NCBI GenBank assembly: GCA_029548865.1 | Contig: JAKPMO010000004.1 | Span: forward strand, 64,001 to 128,000 | Direction of reading: 5' to 3' | Length of the DNA: 64,000 bases | Origin: Caldisericota bacterium | Lineage (GTDB): Bacteria > Caldisericota > Caldisericia > JAAYUI01 | Notes under the pieces: generated by a model | Told to the model about the DNA's origin: nothing | The model's database searches: none | What the model saw: the letters and a program-made list of their open reading frames with translations, nothing else | Part shown: positions 61,301 through 64,000 of the stretch, piece after piece | Layout: each line of letters starts with the position of its first letter | Position numbering within the stretch: position 1 is the first letter of the stretch | Made by a program: the position numbers and the translations under genes

Positions 61301-64000
61301 TCTTTTGGTCCGATGTTTGCTTTGGCTTCGCCTGCGAGATAGACCTCGTGGGTATAGCTTAGTTCAAACCATTCGTGGTAATAATATGGCGAATAGGACC
61401 TATCATTGTTGTCATCACCATATTTGTAAGCAGTAACATAAACGCTTGTTTCTTCCTGTTCCGAGATGACGTGGTCGGCAGGTGTCATCATTTTTCTCAT
61501 AAACCCAATATTCATGCCGCCAATGTCCATACCTACATCGGTGATTTGGCAACCTGTCTCTTTTGTAAGATCAAGTTCGTAAATACCATCATTTCTGTTG
61601 AATGTCCTGGCGTCATACATTCCACCGTTCCACAGGTTTGTTGCAAGATCATAGGTACCAATTATTTCTGTCTCGTATTCCGAAAAACTTATTTTTCCAT
61701 TTTCGTTGAAATCGTCGCGTTCAGAATACATCCTGCCGCCGCTACGCGAATTACCTCTCATTGGCATTGGTGTTCCCATTGTTCTTCCATCACCCATGCC
61801 CAAATGGATTGGTTCGTCCATTCCTTCAATCTGGAAGGCGATTCCCCTGTCTTGCCATATATAGACGAAAGCGTTGTTGCACGCTTCCTCTATTTGCATG
61901 TCTTCTTGTTCGGTGATTTTTATTTTGAAATGATGGTCTTGATCAACTGGAATTGCGTCTGGAAGGCCCGTGATTGTGAGCCCATGCACCCTTATTCCAA
62001 ATTCGTTTTTGTTGCCACAGCAGTCCTGGAATTTCTTTATGGTACCGTCAAACAACTCAACTTCGATTTCTATCCTGCCTGAACCAACAGGGGTCAATTC
62101 ATCAATCTTTATGACGTTTGAAACGCCTGTATAATCCAGCCTTTTGTTCCATATGAGGAATTTGTTGAATTCATCAGGCATGAATGTTATCTTGTCTGGG
62201 CCAAAACCTATTTCACCGATCCAGTTTTGCCCTTCAAACTCGTACCATTGATAGTTAGTACTGTCTATGACTACTTTTCCAGTGAAATCATATATGATTG
62301 GAAGTCTGACCATTCCCTCAAAGGCAAAGTCAGTTGTGACCCTTCCAGTTATCGGGTCCATGATCTTTGGCCTCTTGAATGGCCCTGTAACCGTGAGTTT
62401 CTTTATTAGTCTTTTGAATGGTGTTGGATTTGATGTGGTTCCAGGATTGAATGTCAAATGAGTACCATTTGAGTCTTTCAAGACGAAATAAATGCCGTAA
62501 TCAGTGAGCGGGAAGAATTCGGTACCAAGCTTGTTAAAGTTTACCTTCCTTTGTTTTTTGTCTTCATCGGGGTCTTTGCCAAGTGCTTCTTTGTTTGCAT
62601 TGAGCCTTTGTCCCCATTCGGACCATATTGCGGGATATGAGTTGTAGCCACATATCATTGCTCTGGCAAAAGGAATATTTATGATCCTGCTCAAGTGCGC
62701 CTGTCCGCCTGGATAGACCCTGAAATCATCTTGCAAATTCCTTAGCATTGGATTGTATGGGTGCTGGATTTGTGGAGTTGGCGGCGAGATCTGGTTTATG
62801 GAGTTTTTCCCTGCTGTGTAATCCAGTTGCGAGAATTGCAGACCATGATCGATGACCTCGAGTTCTGAGAAGTTGAGTACTGGGTCGAGTGTAAGAACCT
62901 TTGCTGTTGCATAACCGCTGTAATCAAGACCAAGGTGATCATCAAGCAGGAAGTGTGAAGGGTGGACTGGTAGTTTGCTGTTATAGTCGAACATAATGTT
63001 GAAACTGCTTATTCTCAGCCTTATCTGGGTGTTCTCTTTTGGTTTTACAAGACCCAGTGCCCACCCACCGGTATCTGTATCTGTGAATGTTGAAGCACTG
63101 GTGATATATGTTGGGACACCATAAGTCTCAATTCTTCCAAATTTAACACCTGTTTTTGGGTCTGTGGTAATGCCATCGAACAATCCGAGTTCATCACCCT
63201 TTGTGACTACTCCCCAGGCGAGGAAACCATCGTCATCACCCCATGTTTGGGCCATCTGCGAGGAATTGTTTACATCAACCAGCGATGCCTGTGATGAAAC
63301 TTCTATTGGTCTGGATGTCCCAACAAATAGAGGTGGCATAAAGCTTGGATCATCACCAACATAGTCACCCGAATCAAGTGCTCCAGGAACATAACCTATA
63401 TCATTCCAATACCAGAAGTAGTATGTTTTGTCTATGTTGTATTGGATTATGTATCGCTGTCCGTTTTCACCTATGGCGGTTGCCATCCAATTTACGCCAC
63501 CGCCAGTGGCATTATAGGAAACAATTGTTTGCTCGTCCTTATTGAGGGCAAACGGGATGCAACATGGGTCGTTAATATCGAGCATGTTGTCTGCATCATA
63601 GGTCTCAAGAGAGATGTTTGGATATCTCTCTTCGAGCATGTCCAGACACTTTCTTGTGGAATTTATTTCGAGCCTTTCACTCCTGACTTTCAGATAGCCC
63701 TTTTCCCATGCGTCATACTTGTTTGCAAGTGAAATCGGAACAGCCGGTTGCGGCCATGGAGGAGGGACTGCAGTGAGAGTATTTTTGTTGTTCTGAACGT
63801 TGTCTGTGGGCATGTATTTTGTCAGGTAGAACATGTCCTGATAAGGCCCATCTGGTGGCGCTACTTTTACTGGGTCGCCAAAATCTGCAAAAGCCGTTAC
63901 AACGAGCGGATCGTATCTCCCATTTGAATAAAGTGAACCCTGGTAAGGGGTTATTTCAAAATAGATTTCTCTGTCGGCATCAGTTATTGTGCTTGTCTGT
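58360..64000 (-). CDS. Giant putative cell-surface protein, C-terminal 1879 aa or more (N-terminus outside the window)
   Basis: Frame stays open upstream of ATG 63834 to the edge (QTSTITDADREIYFEITP...). Ends in Ig-like repeats (VSLVEGPNFV, LVPGKNQIKIEAVDQAGN) and a degenerate stalk-like tail. Confidence 0.85.
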   Translation of the reverse strand, partial: QTSTITDADREIYFEITPYQGSLYSNGRYDPLVVTAFADFGDPVKVAPPDGPYQDMFYLTKYMPTDNVQNNKNTLTAVPPPWPQPAVPISLANKYDAWEKGYLKVRSERLEINSTRKCLDMLEERYPNISLETYDADNMLDINDPCCIPFALNKDEQTIVSYNATGGGVNWMATAIGENGQRYIIQYNIDKTYYFWYWNDIGYVPGALDSGDYVGDDPSFMPPLFVGTSRPIEVSSQASLVDVNNSSQMAQTWGDDDGFLAWGVVTKGDELGLFDGITTDPKTGVKFGRIETYGVPTYITSASTFTDTDTGGWALGLVKPKENTQIRLRISSFNIMFDYNSKLPVHPSHFLLDDHLGLDYSGYATAKVLTLDPVLNFSELEVIDHGLQFSQLDYTAGKNSINQISPPTPQIQHPYNPMLRNLQDDFRVYPGGQAHLSRIINIPFARAMICGYNSYPAIWSEWGQRLNANKEALGKDPDEDKKQRKVNFNKLGTEFFPLTDYGIYFVLKDSNGTHLTFNPGTTSNPTPFKRLIKKLTVTGPFKRPKIMDPITGRVTTDFAFEGMVRLPIIYDFTGKVVIDSTNYQWYEFEGQNWIGEIGFGPDKITFMPDEFNKFLIWNKRLDYTGVSNVIKIDELTPVGSGRIEIEVELFDGTIKKFQDCCGNKNEFGIRVHGLTITGLPDAIPVDQDHHFKIKITEQEDMQIEEACNNAFVYIWQDRGIAFQIEGMDEPIHLGMGDGRTMGTPMPMRGNSRSGGRMYSERDDFNENGKISFSEYETEIIGTYDLATNLWNGGMYDARTFNRNDGIYELDLTKETGCQITDVGMDIGGMNIGFMRKMMTPADHVISEQEETSVYVTAYKYGDDNNDRSYSPYYYHEWFELSYTHEVYLAGEAKANIGPKDDLTVEISPQPLTAGVVNEMADPSKPLTIRVTDATGTPVDLLQGVRDMGGDNEVPPDRAWLHCFKDWFPDDELFFGPDARLPQYYWVRTDLHNVSYNYYANMFLYSDWEDAKKRSFEPIQIDFSRSKDGIYQFKGFCANDAGEFYLTVYTPNRKHFGTTKIKVELPIVEYNVTNLDDPERKVFTTPGEPDFLLTAGSNRVYEVTAVCKNRQGFILKQPPKEVRICGDKITYPAHFTPFINVPANWRPRSFFPCERCETKYSVHLGLDWNGDRQLQRSNGEILQFSSFLTKREFFTWDEQLRAVTILRRNEPVLYNITNIHYNNDTFSDRPNMLVQPEYKPTPYGWGLGCIYNNPHEGTYLFADREKDGILDIKDTLPLDELGSCKFYIFAEDVCKVGGLVGLNSYSTDDLFADVAGAPFSNYTDPGFHYTRFKYKTNPGPLEGSTMGSRDGTFALDWDAFPETMLSLETPKMAFKSAESKMPLSIGLLDQNNFDLAYATDNHILVEIMPADDRDIQITGGGYIMATGANESFLSQGGFYAFEPGSVPYTYLTLNPTGQGKSVIQLGYTCKNTLLDKEPFEFTIKDAPEYFSIYPIAALDSSPGIVPILLSPSKIVNGIKNTLTIQIIDRATKAVIPNAAVRVKGEDVDAEGQTDANGKVTLEIEPKSVMKIVISATAKGFVPGEIIEYTGDQTEPPVLEVDPYPSLTNKQTVTLKGKTSPGATLVINGKLTQVAQDGSFTTKVSLVEGPNFVVIVSQLSKGPSRTLQLSITLDTIKPELLVPKFPELIGAQEFIIKGRVEPGASVKINGKDATVVYDIYQASISLVPGKNQIKIEAVDQAGNIAIETVEIPVYAQGWGRIVVGQKEVFDQKGDVIGVMQSSLTKDGLIPVDALRVIFGASFQVSQEANTCKLDVFGKSIIFESGSTVALSGGTQIQLPNSPSLVDGSFYLTQEILRSVLECTLNTDLLKGFIVIERVWLP

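Noticed and set aside
1..64000. CRISPR arrays, IS elements, inteins, introns, recoded stops
   Set aside because: None noticed by eye; frames are uninterrupted and the RNAP insertions lack intein terminal motifs

Overview
Chromosomal bacterial window with no integrase, transposase, phage gene or CRISPR array visible. The many secreted proteins ending in a copper-amine-oxidase-N-like (stalk) domain suggest an anaerobe of Caldisericota type; that assignment is inference only. Housekeeping content: partial metG, dnaX-ybaB-recR-glmS-transketolase, comEA-comEC, rpmF-plsX-rnc, rpsT, asnS-holA, secG, tRNA-Leu/Val/Asp and rpoB/rpoC. About half the window encodes large surface proteins. Best candidate for an undescribed system: three secreted subtilisin-family proteases, each ending in cohesin + dockerin, clustered with a dockerin-less NHL-propeller/cohesin/stalk protein. 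A second such scaffold is translationally coupled to comEA-comEC. Together they look like a cellulosome-style, surface-anchored protease assembly. Also notable: an EF-G paralogue between rpoB and rpoC; an RNA polymerase with multiple repeat insertions, rifamycin-resistance-type residues and two unusual active-centre substitutions; an SLH-bearing double nucleotidase that has lost its catalytic motifs; and a preponderance of 16-bp promoter spacers. All domain calls were made by eye from motifs, with no searches run.
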